Assembly (NCBI GenBank): GCA_050949565.1
Contig: JBMNFY010000017.1
Span: forward strand, 288,001 to 352,000
Length of the DNA stretch: 64,000 nucleotides
Reading direction: 5' to 3'
Origin: Kiritimatiellia bacterium
GTDB taxonomy: Bacteria; Verrucomicrobiota; Kiritimatiellia; RFP12; UBA1067
The notes under the pieces were generated by a model. It was not told where the DNA came from. It was given only the letters and a program-made list of their open reading frames with translations, and made no database searches. Positions 19,177-29,452 of this stretch are shown in pieces; position 1 is the stretch's first letter, and the number at the start of each line of letters is the position of its first letter. Both the position numbers and the translations under genes were made by a program.

Positions 19177-22100
19177 CTATTTCACGTCTGCGCCGAGAGC
19201 ACGCGCCTCCTCGACAAAGTCGGTTTCCAACTTCACGTTATCGATGTAGTACACGCCCTTGCAATTCGCGACGCTGATGAATCCGAGCCAGGTGACGCTG
19301 CGTGTCTCGGGATTGACGAATTTCAAGCCTGAAAAATGTTTGGGTTCCGCGCCCGGAGTCGTCACCGTGAGCTGCCAAGTGCCGTCGGTCTTAGAGCCGA
19401 AGCCCGCGCTGATCTCGATATGCGTCCAGACGCCCAGCGGCAGGGGTAATGGCGGCTGGTCGGCGAAGGTCAGTTGCCCGTTGCGGAACAGCAATTTCGG
19501 CCCGATGTAGTAGTGCGGCTTGCCCGGCTGTTGACGCCATTCCAAGCTCAGCTCCGCCCCCTGCTCCATGCGGACGTCGAAGGAAAAAGTCGTAATGCCT
19601 TCACGATGGTTCGGGGCGTACGAGAAATGCGGATTGAAGCCGTGTTCCAGTCCAGGCGCGTCGGTTATCTTCAGCGAGCGCTTGCCGGTTGCGGCGGTCT
19701 CTTCGGTCACCTCAATGTTGTCGCCCTTGCCTTCGACTCGAGAATAGGCACGGGAGGGCCGGCTGCCGACATCTGTATGCTCGAAGCCATCATAAAAAGT
19801 CACGGGCGGAGGGGGCGGCAGCCCCTGCCACGGTGGCGGCGCGGTAAACGCACGGGCCTTGGCAATCCAGGCGGGGTCGCCGTAGACCCCGGCCCGCGAG
19901 GTGTCGAACGGCACAAAGCCGAGGGCCAGCGCGGGAGAATCCGCCTGCAGACGGAAGTCGTTGTTGTCAAAGTCAACGAACTTGGGATCGGCGATGACCG
20001 ATCCGGCGTCGCGGCCCATTTTTTGCCACTCTTCAAACGAGTGCCCGATAAAACGGATGGGCTCGCCGGACGGCTCCCAGTAGATATTGTTCTGCAGCTT
20101 GAGCCGGTCCCCAAACTCGGGAGAGTGAAGAACGCGCCCGTCACACCCGCAGATGATGTTCTTCTCGATCGTGACCGAATGGTGCGTCTCTCCCTTGAAG
20201 TGCATGCAGAATGTCACGGGGCCGCTGGGAGTCCCCTTGTCGCGGGGTCTGGAGACGAAGATATTGTTGCGCACGATGTTGTCCTTGCCGCTACCTATCT
20301 TGTAGCCGCCGTCGCGCACGTTGTAAACCAGATTGCTCTCGATGCGCATGTAGGAAACACTGTTGTCAGTGAACACGCCGTGCATGCCGGCATTTCCGTC
20401 ACCGGCGAAATCATGGAAGACGTTGCCGCACACTACCGTGCCGGGCGCCTCGCCAAGCGCGTAGACGCCGCCCATATCAGCCAGCACATCCCATCCCAAA
20501 TGGTGAATCCGGTTATACGAGATCGTGTTGCGTTTTGACGGGACATCACCGTAGCCCCAATGCCAGCCGACAGAAATACCGGAATAAGGCATCCCCGCGA
20601 TATCGTTGTGCGTGATCTGGTTGTCGCCGCTGTGCCCGACAAGGATGCCCACAGCGTCCGGCCACACGCGCCCGGCATAGCGGATGATGTTGTTGTCGAT
20701 GCGGCAGTGGCTAGTCAGTTGTCCGGCATCGCTCGGCCTATGCGCAGTCGGCCCCAAACGCACGCCGCCAGCACCGAGATCCTCCAGCAGGCAACGCTCC
20801 ACGACACAGTCGCGGCATCCATCCCGGAACCAGATCCCGTAGGTGCCGGTCCGCCGGATCGAGCAGTCGGCGAAGACAATGTTGCGCGCGTAATCCGCCA
20901 TCACGACGGCGTCGACGCGAGCGGCGGCCTGCCCCGGCCACATGCCTTCCTGCGGCATGAGATAGGCGGCGTACTCAAAGGTCAGTCCTTGGAACAGGAT
21001 GTTTTCAACCCGCGCACCCCCTGCCTTGCCGGCGAGGCGGAGAAGGGTTTCCGGCACCGGCGCCACGACCTCCGCCTTGGCCATGTCCTCGCCGGGGCGC
21101 GGCATGTAGAAGAGTGTGCCGTCGCGATCAAGGAACCACTCGCCCGGCGCGTCCAGCGCTTCGCGGAAGTTACTCAGATAGTAACGCTCCCGATGCGTGT
21201 AGCGTCCGAACCCCGACTTGTAGCTGCCTGTCAGCAGAACCAGACAGTGCTCTGGATCTATGCTCACAACACGGTGCCGCGAAACATCCCAGGAGTGGTA
21301 CGCCGAGACCACGACATCGCGCAATCGTTCCGGCGGCAGCTTTAACAGCGGCGCGATGTCTTTGGAATGCGCTAAAAACGCGCGGTCGCCGATCGGCCCG
21401 GATTCTCCCGTCTTGGGGTCGATGCCGGTCTTCACGGTACTTTCGATGTAGGCGTAGTGCCCGTTCGGCGTGCGGGCCGGCACAGCGAGACAGCCGTTGA
21501 CGTAGAGCTGCTCGATGCGCCACTTGCCGTCGCGGACGTCCGGCACCGTCGTCTTCCAGACGCCGTCCCCGCAAGGCTCGAACCCAGTGATGCGCCGTCC
21601 GCCGCTAATCACCGGCGTTGCACCGGACGCAGCCGCGTAAGTGATGCGACCGCCGACACGTCCCGAATCCTCCGGCGAAAATTCGACAGGCTCCACAATG
21701 GAATACACGCCGTTGCGGAGAAGGACGAGGATGTCGCGGTCCGGCTCCGCCTGACGCAGCGCACGCACGGCATCACGCGCCCGCGCCAACGTGGCGAACG
21801 GACGCTCCTTGGTGCCGGGATCGGAATCCTTGCCGTTCGGCGCAACCCAGAAGTCGGCTTGCGCCTCACAGAACAACGTCACGCTGGACTTTCCACAGAT
21901 GATCGCATTGTTGGCGACCCGGCTGGTCTTCTGGATGGACTGCAATCCCTTGTTGTTGGTGTGCGGCACAAAATAAGAGCAGGAGGACGAGACATCAAGC
22001 CGCAACACATCGCCGGGGCTGATCCGAAAGGCGTGATCTGAAAAACAGAAATCCACCGCCTTCTCCGTGCCCGGCACATAGTCCGGCGTAGCGTAGCACA

Positions 22101-23553
22101 GCGACGTGATGTCGTCACGAAGCGGATAGGCCACGCCGTCCTTGACCAAACTCAGGCGCACATAGAAACAGGTGTCCTCGCAGTCGGACGTGCAGACGAG
22201 CCGGGCGGTCATGCGTCCGCGCACATCTAACTCCTGTGTGAACGGCTTCGAAAGGAAACTGATAACGTCAGGCCGGAAATTCGGCGGATCCTGCACGGGC
22301 ATGCCCCCGAAGTTCAGACAGAGCCCGCCCTTAAAGGGAACGGGATTCTTGGGGTCGTAGACATAGGAGATGGCGGCAGGCGTCCCCGGCTGCGCATCCA
22401 GTGTTCTGTTGTTCAGATAGAACGTGTGCGGAACGGGGCCGTTGACCAGTTTATCCGTGTGGTGCCAGGCATTTTCATAAAGCGCATAATAACTGGTTTT
22501 CCCTGGCTGGATGAAAGTGAGCGGCGTCCCTTTCCGGATATGATCAAACCACTGGATGGTGCTGTTTGGACAAACCATAGCCAGCAATCCTTCGGGAAAC
22601 TCGACCGGCATGCTGTCCTTCTTGCTGTACTTCACCAGATTGTTGCCGCCGTGGTCGTACGCGCCGACGACCAACGCGCACCGGGCGCGTTGCGCCGCAG
22701 GCATTCTGGCCCACATGTCGAAAATGCCGCCGGTGTAGATGTCGTACATACCGGTTGTCAGCAAAATGGGGAAGGAGGCTTTGGTGACCGCCTCGTAGGA
22801 GTCGTAGCCGCCCTCGACGGTCTTCCAGAACGGATCATCTTCGCGGGGATGCGCGAACACCGAGTCGAGCCACGGCACCGCCTCGCCGAAGTAACGCTTG
22901 GAAAAATCGCAGAGCGGCAAGTCGCAGAATGACACGGAGCGGTCGCGTTGCAACTGCGTGTTCTTTTTCTTGTAGCCGCCGATGAACCAGTTGCCATGCA
23001 GCCCGATCTTAAAAAAACCGTTCCGATAGACGATGTTGTACCGGTTGCAATCCTGAACCGCCAAGACAGCACCTTTGATATCCGGCGGGTTGGTGTCGAT
23101 ATACAGGAAGTGAACGCTGGACAAATAGCTTCCGCCGTTCAAAAAAATCTCGCCGTTGTAAAAGGGCAGCTTCCGTATCCATTCCAGAAACGCCAGCCCA
23201 TCCGCGCGTTCCGTAACATAAGGGATCCAGTCGCCCCCGCTGCGTCCGCACCCCCGGCAATGCTGCGTGATCCAGACATAGCTGTCCGGTGTCCACTTCT
23301 GGCCGGCGAACGTCTCGGGCTTGACCCGCTCGTCTTTGACATACGGGTTGCGCTGGATGACAATCGGGCACTTCATGCCGTCAGGCGGCACGGCACCATA
23401 CGTGTACAGCTTCACGCCATCCGGCATGGATACCATCTCTTCGAAATAACGGGCCTTGGCGCCATTAGGACAAACCGCCTCAATCACCTGCACATCCGCA
23501 CGAAGCAACGGAACCATCGCCAGCAGGCTAACCCCGATCAATAATTTACGCAT
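19177..23553 (-). CDS. fusion of a CocE/NonD (S15) serine hydrolase and a right-handed beta-helix (GH141-like) domain with a C-terminal jelly-roll
   Basis: HCRGCGRSGG, GGSY nucleophile elbow and a PepX_C-like segment; then WVAPNGKD...PFATLARAR, DAPGEWF, DMGGVY and parallel beta-helix repeats. Confidence 0.8.
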   Translation of the reverse strand: MRKLLIGVSLLAMVPLLRADVQVIEAVCPNGAKARYFEEMVSMPDGVKLYTYGAVPPDGMKCPIVIQRNPYVKDERVKPETFAGQKWTPDSYVWITQHCRGCGRSGGDWIPYVTERADGLAFLEWIRKLPFYNGEIFLNGGSYLSSVHFLYIDTNPPDIKGAVLAVQDCNRYNIVYRNGFFKIGLHGNWFIGGYKKKNTQLQRDRSVSFCDLPLCDFSKRYFGEAVPWLDSVFAHPREDDPFWKTVEGGYDSYEAVTKASFPILLTTGMYDIYTGGIFDMWARMPAAQRARCALVVGAYDHGGNNLVKYSKKDSMPVEFPEGLLAMVCPNSTIQWFDHIRKGTPLTFIQPGKTSYYALYENAWHHTDKLVNGPVPHTFYLNNRTLDAQPGTPAAISYVYDPKNPVPFKGGLCLNFGGMPVQDPPNFRPDVISFLSKPFTQELDVRGRMTARLVCTSDCEDTCFYVRLSLVKDGVAYPLRDDITSLCYATPDYVPGTEKAVDFCFSDHAFRISPGDVLRLDVSSSCSYFVPHTNNKGLQSIQKTSRVANNAIICGKSSVTLFCEAQADFWVAPNGKDSDPGTKERPFATLARARDAVRALRQAEPDRDILVLLRNGVYSIVEPVEFSPEDSGRVGGRITYAAASGATPVISGGRRITGFEPCGDGVWKTTVPDVRDGKWRIEQLYVNGCLAVPARTPNGHYAYIESTVKTGIDPKTGESGPIGDRAFLAHSKDIAPLLKLPPERLRDVVVSAYHSWDVSRHRVVSIDPEHCLVLLTGSYKSGFGRYTHRERYYLSNFREALDAPGEWFLDRDGTLFYMPRPGEDMAKAEVVAPVPETLLRLAGKAGGARVENILFQGLTFEYAAYLMPQEGMWPGQAAARVDAVVMADYARNIVFADCSIRRTGTYGIWFRDGCRDCVVERCLLEDLGAGGVRLGPTAHRPSDAGQLTSHCRIDNNIIRYAGRVWPDAVGILVGHSGDNQITHNDIAGMPYSGISVGWHWGYGDVPSKRNTISYNRIHHLGWDVLADMGGVYALGEAPGTVVCGNVFHDFAGDGNAGMHGVFTDNSVSYMRIESNLVYNVRDGGYKIGSGKDNIVRNNIFVSRPRDKGTPSGPVTFCMHFKGETHHSVTIEKNIICGCDGRVLHSPEFGDRLKLQNNIYWEPSGEPIRFIGHSFEEWQKMGRDAGSVIADPKFVDFDNNDFRLQADSPALALGFVPFDTSRAGVYGDPAWIAKARAFTAPPPWQGLPPPPPVTFYDGFEHTDVGSRPSRAYSRVEGKGDNIEVTEETAATGKRSLKITDAPGLEHGFNPHFSYAPNHREGITTFSFDVRMEQGAELSLEWRQQPGKPHYYIGPKLLFRNGQLTFADQPPLPLPLGVWTHIEISAGFGSKTDGTWQLTVTTPGAEPKHFSGLKFVNPETRSVTWLGFISVANCKGVYYIDNVKLETDFVEEARALGADVK

Positions 23554-23594
23554 TTTTCCACCATCCTTACCATTAACATTGACAGCGTAAACAA

Positions 23595-23617
23595 TACGCC
23601 GCGCTTGGCGCGGCGTA
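23595..23617 (-). terminator. hairpin, probable terminator
   Basis: Perfect 10-bp stem TACGCCGCGC-3nt-GCGCGGCGTA, followed by TTGTTT on the minus strand. Confidence 0.55.
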
Positions 23618-23700
23618 GGAGTAAGCCGACCACTTCCTGGTTCGCGGCCCGTTCCCTGCCCGGCGTGCGGTTCGAGGGATACGCCTTCATCTCCGCCGAT

Positions 23701-24620
23701 TTACGGACTGATACGGATCAGGTTGGCATCGCCCTCGACGGATTCTTCCGTCTCGTAGAAGCCAGTGATTTTTTCTCCGGTGTGAGTCCCTATCAAATGA
23801 ATCATGTCGTGCTCATCCACGTTGGCCGGATCACGGCCCTTCGTGTAGAGGAACCCGCTGGCGGGGCCCTCATTCAATGAGAAGAGTCGACCGATATAGT
23901 TGTCGCCGAAACCGACAATGTTCGTGACCAAGCCGCGCGAATCGACCTCCAGCCGGATTGGGCGATGGAACATGGCGCCTGGAAACGATGTTTGTGTCAA
24001 GAGGCCCGTCCAGACCCCCATGCAACGTGATTCGTCCTGCACGCGGTGGATGACGCCGCCTGTACGGGGGACACTCAGCACGATATGGTTGCGGTCCGCG
24101 AAGCCGCCGCGCACTTGGACCTTTTCTTCGTCGGTGATGAAGGTGAGATCGACCACGCCCGTCGTCCCAACGGTAAAGTATCCTGAAGGCGCCGGGGGAT
24201 GAAAAACGAGCTTTCGCTGATGATCCCATCCTCCAGAGCGATGAAGTGATTGTGTCCGTGGGACTGGTCGACGATCATCCAAGCACTGCGCATGTCGGCG
24301 GGTGTGAAGGATTGACTGACCCGGTAGAACATCGGCACAGATACCATGGTCGAGGTGTTTGTAGTCACGATATTGTCCAGACCGTGCCAGTTGTTTGACC
24401 AGGGACCGGAGGGGTGAGAAGCCCACTGCACGGTGAACCCATGTACGCCGGGCGCATTAGTCCAGGCCAGCCAGCCGTTGCCGGAGAAGGATACGATGAC
24501 GGGAGGATCTTCGGCGGGGGCCAGCAAAGTTATCGAGCTGACGAGCAATAGAAATGCCGTGGCAGTAATGCCGCCACGGAGTATGCGCGTCCGGCTCCAA
24601 GCAGAGGTATGGATAGACAT
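23701..24620 (-). pseudogene. secreted hypothetical protein split by a frameshift near 24195
   Basis: N-terminal half (MSIHT..., signal peptide) is in ORF 24075-24758 and the C-terminal half is in ORF 23701-24426. The frames switch at minus-strand TTTTTCATCCCCCGG. Confidence 0.65.
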
Positions 24621-24635
24621 AAGCAACTCCTTTCT

Positions 24636-24712
24636 ACTACTAACCGACACTGGATACAATCCAGTATACAACTCACTTCCACTACTAAATGACACCGGAC
24701 ACAATCCGGCAT
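24636..24712. repeat. two 32-bp imperfect direct repeats with an internal palindrome (period 45)
   Basis: ACTACTAACCGACACTGGATACAATCCAGTAT / ACTACTAAATGACACCGGACACAATCCGGCAT. Confidence 0.75.
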
Positions 24713-25011
24713 CCCAGCGTTCGGCGGGGATGGTACATGATGCGGACAGAAGTGTCAACCTTCAAAAGTAATAATCAGATAGCCGCCCCTTTCGTGTACC
24801 ACAGGCTCACCCAATAAAAACAAAATCCCCGCTCATGCGGGTGATGCCGTTCTCATTAAACGTATCCACCGTGAACCAATAGGGAACCCCCGCCGATTCC
24901 GAAAACACGAAAGCCCGCAACGGCAAAGTACCCAGGCTTCGTACCGCAATCAATGAGCTGAAGGTGCCGCGTGGTTAGAGGATTATCCAGTTCGTTACGG
25001 CGGGACAAGTC

Positions 25012-25137
25012 AAGAAATCAAGGAGCCACACCACCCAGCAGTCGGTGGATCAGGCCGTCAAAGCCATCTGCGACATCATGCGCCGCGGCAACTGCGCCGG
25101 CGTCATGCAGTACGTGCCCGAGTTGACGTGTGTCCTC
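25012..25137 (+). pseudogene. remnant of a Type I R-M methyltransferase (HsdM) N-terminus
   Basis: Reads HTTQQSVDQAVKAICDIMRRGNCAGVMQYVPELT, which I recognise as HsdM_N-like. There is no start codon upstream, and similarity ends at the convergent gph stop. Confidence 0.65.
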
Positions 25138-25770
25138 TTACAGCACCCGCTCGGCGAGTTCCGGCATCGCGTCGATCGCGAGGTTCCACGTCTCGTCCTG
25201 CGGCTCGCCAAAGCCAAAGCGGCAGAAACAGCGGCACAGGCCGGCGTGCCGGGCGGCGGCGAGATCGGTGAAGTTATCCCCCACCATCCAGTCGTCAGCA
25301 TCCAACGCCACGCCCATCTGTTCGGCCGCAAACCGCAGCGGCGCCGGGTCGGGCTTGAGTGTCGGCGCGTCGCCGCCGCCTACCACAGCGCCGAAATACT
25401 GCGCAATGTCGAGACCTTCGAGGATCAGGCGCGTGACAGGACCGGGCTTGTTGGTGACGACCCCCATCCGCCAGCCAGCGGCGCGAAACGCCTCCAAGGT
25501 CTCGACGACACCGGGATAGAGGACAGTACGGTCCAGACAGTGCGCAGCGTAATGCACGCGCTGGCGCGCCAGCATCGCATCCCACAGGTCAGGACGCTCG
25601 GGTGACGCCCGCTCAATCAGCAGGCGCACCCCCTCGCCGACGCACGCCACCACCTCCTCGATCGTTCGCGGCGGCAAACCAAAATCTTGGCGAGTAAGGT
25701 TCACCGCGTACGCCAGATCGGCGCGCGAATCGATCAAGGTACCGTCTAGATCAAAAAGCAGCGTTTTCAC
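25138..25770 (-). CDS. gph: HAD hydrolase, phosphoglycolate phosphatase-like
   Basis: FDLDGTLIDS, LYPGV, VTNKP, KPDP, VGDNFTD; GTG start. Confidence 0.85.
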   Translation of the reverse strand: MKTLLFDLDGTLIDSRADLAYAVNLTRQDFGLPPRTIEEVVACVGEGVRLLIERASPERPDLWDAMLARQRVHYAAHCLDRTVLYPGVVETLEAFRAAGWRMGVVTNKPGPVTRLILEGLDIAQYFGAVVGGGDAPTLKPDPAPLRFAAEQMGVALDADDWMVGDNFTDLAAARHAGLCRCFCRFGFGEPQDETWNLAIDAMPELAERVL

Positions 25771-25780
25771 CGACAACCGT

Positions 25781-27067
25781 CTACGCCCAGCCGCGCTGCT
25801 TGACCGCCTCGGCCACCCGATTGACGGCAATCATGTAAGCGGCGTCGCGCATGTACAGTTTCCGGCGCTTGGCCAAGTCATAGACCGCCGCAAAAGCGGA
25901 CGTCATCTTGGTATCAAGCTTGGCGAGCACCTCGTCCTTCTCCCAGTAGTAGTTGGTGTTGCACTGCACCTGCTCGAAATAGCTGCATGTCACGCCACCC
26001 GCGTTGGTCAGGAAGTCCGGCGAAACGAAGATGTCGCGCTGCTTGATGACCTCGTCAGCCTCGGGCGTGGTCGGCCCGTTTGCGCCTTCGACGATGACCT
26101 TCACGCTCTTCGCGATCTTCGTCACCGTCTCGCGGTTGATCTGGTTCTCAAGCGCCGCTGGAATCAGGATATCTACCTCCTGCTCCAGCCAAGCCCCGCC
26201 CGGCAACCGCTCGTAGCCCAGTTCACTCGCGCGGTCCTTGTCGATGCCGCCGAACTTGTCCGTGATGCCGCGCAGTTCTTTGAGGCAGATCCCATCCTTC
26301 TTACGGAAGGTATACGACACCTTGTCCGCCTGATCCCAGCACGAGATCGCAACCACCGTGCCGCCGAGTTCCGTGTAGCGCTGCACGGCATGCTGCGCGA
26401 CATTACCGAAGCCCTGCACGCTCGCCGTGGTTTTCGCCAGATCCATGCCAAGAACCTTCAGCGCCTCGCGCAGCGTGTAGATCACGCCAAAGCCCGTGGC
26501 CTCCGTCCGTCCCAGCGAACCGCCCATCCCCACCGGCTTGCCGGTGATAAAGCCCGGGTAACGACCACCGTGGATCGCTTCGTACTCATCGAGCATCCAG
26601 AGCATGTGCTGACCGTTGGTCATCACGTCCGGTGCCGGCACGTCGCTGACCGGCCCCACGTTGCGCGCAACCTGGCGCACCCAGCCGCGGCAGATCTGTT
26701 CCTGCTCGCGCAGACTCAGGTGGTACGGATCGCAGATCACGCCGCCCTTGCCGCCGCCCAGCGGGATATCGACCACCGAGCACTTCCAGGTCATCCACAT
26801 CGACAGCGCACGCACGGTGTCGACCGTCTCCATCGGATGGAACCGGATGCCGCCCTTCGCAGGACCGCGCGCGTCGTTGTGCTGCACACGAAAGCCTTTG
26901 AACACACGGACCGTGCCGTCGTCCATCCGAACCGGAATCGTAAAATGATACTCGCGCAACGGTTGGCGCAGAAGTTCCCGTACTCCCTCGTCTAATTCGA
27001 GCAATGCCGCCACTTTGTCGAATTGCGCTTGCGCTAACTGAAACGGGTTATATGAACTATTTTCCAT
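25781..27067 (-). CDS. gdhA: glutamate dehydrogenase (Glu/Leu/Phe/Val family)
   Basis: ARGPAKGGIRF, LGGGKGG, DVPAPD, GRTEATG.G, QGFGNV, EGANGP, NAGGV. Confidence 0.93.
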   Translation of the reverse strand: MENSSYNPFQLAQAQFDKVAALLELDEGVRELLRQPLREYHFTIPVRMDDGTVRVFKGFRVQHNDARGPAKGGIRFHPMETVDTVRALSMWMTWKCSVVDIPLGGGKGGVICDPYHLSLREQEQICRGWVRQVARNVGPVSDVPAPDVMTNGQHMLWMLDEYEAIHGGRYPGFITGKPVGMGGSLGRTEATGFGVIYTLREALKVLGMDLAKTTASVQGFGNVAQHAVQRYTELGGTVVAISCWDQADKVSYTFRKKDGICLKELRGITDKFGGIDKDRASELGYERLPGGAWLEQEVDILIPAALENQINRETVTKIAKSVKVIVEGANGPTTPEADEVIKQRDIFVSPDFLTNAGGVTCSYFEQVQCNTNYYWEKDEVLAKLDTKMTSAFAAVYDLAKRRKLYMRDAAYMIAVNRVAEAVKQRGWA

Positions 27068-27182
27068 TTTTTCTTCAACCTTTCCCATCCTCGCCTGACG
27101 AGGGCGACTGTTTGAAATACGTCGATCGTCGTTTATACTAAAGCGGCTCCCAGCCCGCAATGATAAATTTTAAAAATCGCAC

Positions 27183-28427
27183 TCACTTCACCGTCACGTC
27201 GATCACATATACCTGACGCGAGCCTTCGTGGACCGAGTTGAACGCCAGCATCTTGCCGTCCGGACGCCAGCGCGGGTGCAGATCGCAACGCGAGTATTGT
27301 TCGCGGTACAACTCCGGCACAAAGAACCCGCCGAGCGGCAACACCGCATGATCCGCCATGCGCATGACCATCAACTTGCGCTCGCTCAGTCTATCCGGAT
27401 AGGTGTCGGTCGCCATCCATTTACCATCGTCCGAAAAAACGCCGTGCCCATCAAAGTCCAGCAAGCCCTTGCCCAGACGCGTGTAGTCCTCCTTGCCGGG
27501 CGTGAAAAGCACATGACTCCATACGGCGTCCTTGTACTTAGCGGTGACCATCAGACGGTCACCGTCGAGCCAGTTGAAGTGCGACCCGCCCCAGCCATCC
27601 GGGAAACAGCGGCGCACGTCACTGCCATCCCGATTGCAGGTGAACGAGGTGGTCTCCCACTTGCGCACCACTTTCTGGCCCGCGAGGTTCTCAACGGTAC
27701 GCGCCAACCAGAAGATCTTCGATCCATCGCGGCTGAAAACCGTGTGGCAGAAATAGGCCAGCGCCTTGGGATCCTTGACCTGCGGCATGCGATCACGCAC
27801 CGAGGCAATGGTGACGATCAACCGCGCCTCGCCGTTCGCCAAATTTACGAGCCAAAGCCCGTCATCCTCCGGCCAGACCGTATCAACGCGGGCGTCCTGC
27901 CCATTGCCGCCATAGCCGTAGTCCGGACGCGTCAGCCGCAGCCGCGCATAGTTGATGCTGACCGCCCAACGGCCATCCTGCGAAACCGCACTCACCGGGA
28001 ACGGCACCACGCGCCGCGTGCGCTTCTCCATGTCGTAGACGACCGAGACAAAACGGCCGTCCACCAGATCGTTAAAGATGAACTGCGTCTGAGGCGCGGT
28101 GCCGAGCCAGTGCGCCATGGTCGCCTCTTGGAAATTCCAGCAGCGCGTCTCGGTCAGCGGAATGAAGCGATTGCCATCCTGCGCGTCCACCACGCCCAAC
28201 ACGGCGACATCCTGCTCGGTGGGCAGGCGGTTCTTGACATCGGTTTCCAGCACCGTGGCGTACCGGCCATCCGCGCTCCAAGCGTTGATCGCATAGTAGC
28301 TCGCAAAAAGGTGATCTTTCGGACCGGATGTGATCGCGCGCGGCGCGGAGAAAACGGGGAAATCTCCCGCCAGCGCCACCCCGGCCAGCACCGTACAAAC
28401 CAAACACAATCCTGCTCTTTTTTTCAT
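27183..28427 (-). CDS. secreted beta-propeller protein (TolB/oligogalacturonate-lyase-like)
   Basis: Signal peptide, WNFQ, INYARL..RPDYGY, GHGVFS.DG, DTYPD, RCDLHPRW.PDG. Confidence 0.7.
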   Translation of the reverse strand: MKKRAGLCLVCTVLAGVALAGDFPVFSAPRAITSGPKDHLFASYYAINAWSADGRYATVLETDVKNRLPTEQDVAVLGVVDAQDGNRFIPLTETRCWNFQEATMAHWLGTAPQTQFIFNDLVDGRFVSVVYDMEKRTRRVVPFPVSAVSQDGRWAVSINYARLRLTRPDYGYGGNGQDARVDTVWPEDDGLWLVNLANGEARLIVTIASVRDRMPQVKDPKALAYFCHTVFSRDGSKIFWLARTVENLAGQKVVRKWETTSFTCNRDGSDVRRCFPDGWGGSHFNWLDGDRLMVTAKYKDAVWSHVLFTPGKEDYTRLGKGLLDFDGHGVFSDDGKWMATDTYPDRLSERKLMVMRMADHAVLPLGGFFVPELYREQYSRCDLHPRWRPDGKMLAFNSVHEGSRQVYVIDVTVK

Positions 28428-29317
28428 TATGCGTCTCCCTTAATGAGTTCATCCCACCGCTGCTTCTGCTTGGCGATCTCCTTGAAGCGCGCCTCGTTGT
28501 CCGGCTTGTCGCCGATCTCCAGCAGACAGAAACCGCTCCAGCCGATGCGCTTCAGAAAGGCGCACTGCGTCTCATAGAACTTCGCCGCCGTGTAGCTCGC
28601 CGCCGTGAGATCGTGTACGTGTACGGTGCTGCCGAGATAGGGCGCGACCTTCTCAAGGTTGGCCGCGAGTCCCTCACCCTTCGTGTCGCGGAAGTCGCTG
28701 TTAAGCTTCAGCCGCAGGCCGGGATGATCCACCGCCTTGGCGATGGTCGCCAGATGCGGCAGCAACCCCGCGCTGCCGTGCGCCTCAAGCCGCAGTTCCA
28801 CGCCAAGGGATGTGGCCACAGGTGCCAGAAGCTTGAGCGACGTCGCGATCTGATCGAGCGTCTTCTCCTGCGGCACGTCTTTATGGAAATCATTTGGGAA
28901 GACGCGCAACCCGCCCGCGCCGAGATCCGCGCAGAACTGGAGCATCTCCTTAGTCCGCTCAATCGCCCGCGCAAGCCGGGCGGCGTCAGGCGAGTCGTAA
29001 CGCTCGCCGCTGGCGACACCGACCAGCTTGACCGGGCTGTCGGCAAAGCGCTTCGCGGCCTCGGCACGCGCAGCCTTGCTGCTGGTGAGTTCCAGACCAT
29101 GCGCGTACTTCATGTCGGTCCGGATCTCGACCCCGAACAACCCGAATCGCGGCAGAAACTCAATCAGCTCGGCAACCGTCCACCGGCTCCCGATCTGGTA
29201 GGTGGTCAGGCCCAACTGCACCCCGTTCTTCGCCGCGCGTGCCTTTGCCGCAGGCACCGCCAAAGCTGCGGCCAACGCCGCACCGCCACTCATCATGAAA
29301 TCGCGCCGTGTCATCAT
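28427..29317 (-). CDS. Tat-exported sugar phosphate isomerase/epimerase (xylose isomerase-like TIM barrel)
   Basis: TRRDF twin-arginine signal; GVEIR, LEAHG, VHVHD, LLE. Confidence 0.8.
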   Translation of the reverse strand: MMTRRDFMMSGGAALAAALAVPAAKARAAKNGVQLGLTTYQIGSRWTVAELIEFLPRFGLFGVEIRTDMKYAHGLELTSSKAARAEAAKRFADSPVKLVGVASGERYDSPDAARLARAIERTKEMLQFCADLGAGGLRVFPNDFHKDVPQEKTLDQIATSLKLLAPVATSLGVELRLEAHGSAGLLPHLATIAKAVDHPGLRLKLNSDFRDTKGEGLAANLEKVAPYLGSTVHVHDLTAASYTAAKFYETQCAFLKRIGWSGFCLLEIGDKPDNEARFKEIAKQKQRWDELIKGDA

Positions 29318-29452
29318 CTTCCTCCTCTGTGTGCCTCGTTCCCGCCGTCTCTTGCGCGGCATGATACCACAACGCCATACCGCGCCCGAAACGACCGGGG
29401 CAGTGTCGCACATTCCAAGCGACTTGTCTACCCCGCCATTTCGGCAACAGGC

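Noticed and set aside
24636-24712. 32-bp repeats as a mini-CRISPR
   Set aside because: The repeats are imperfect, the gap is only 13 bp and there are only two copies.
25045-25605. 186-aa plus-strand ORF as a real gene
   Set aside because: Only the first ~30 codons are HsdM-like; the rest is antisense to gph.
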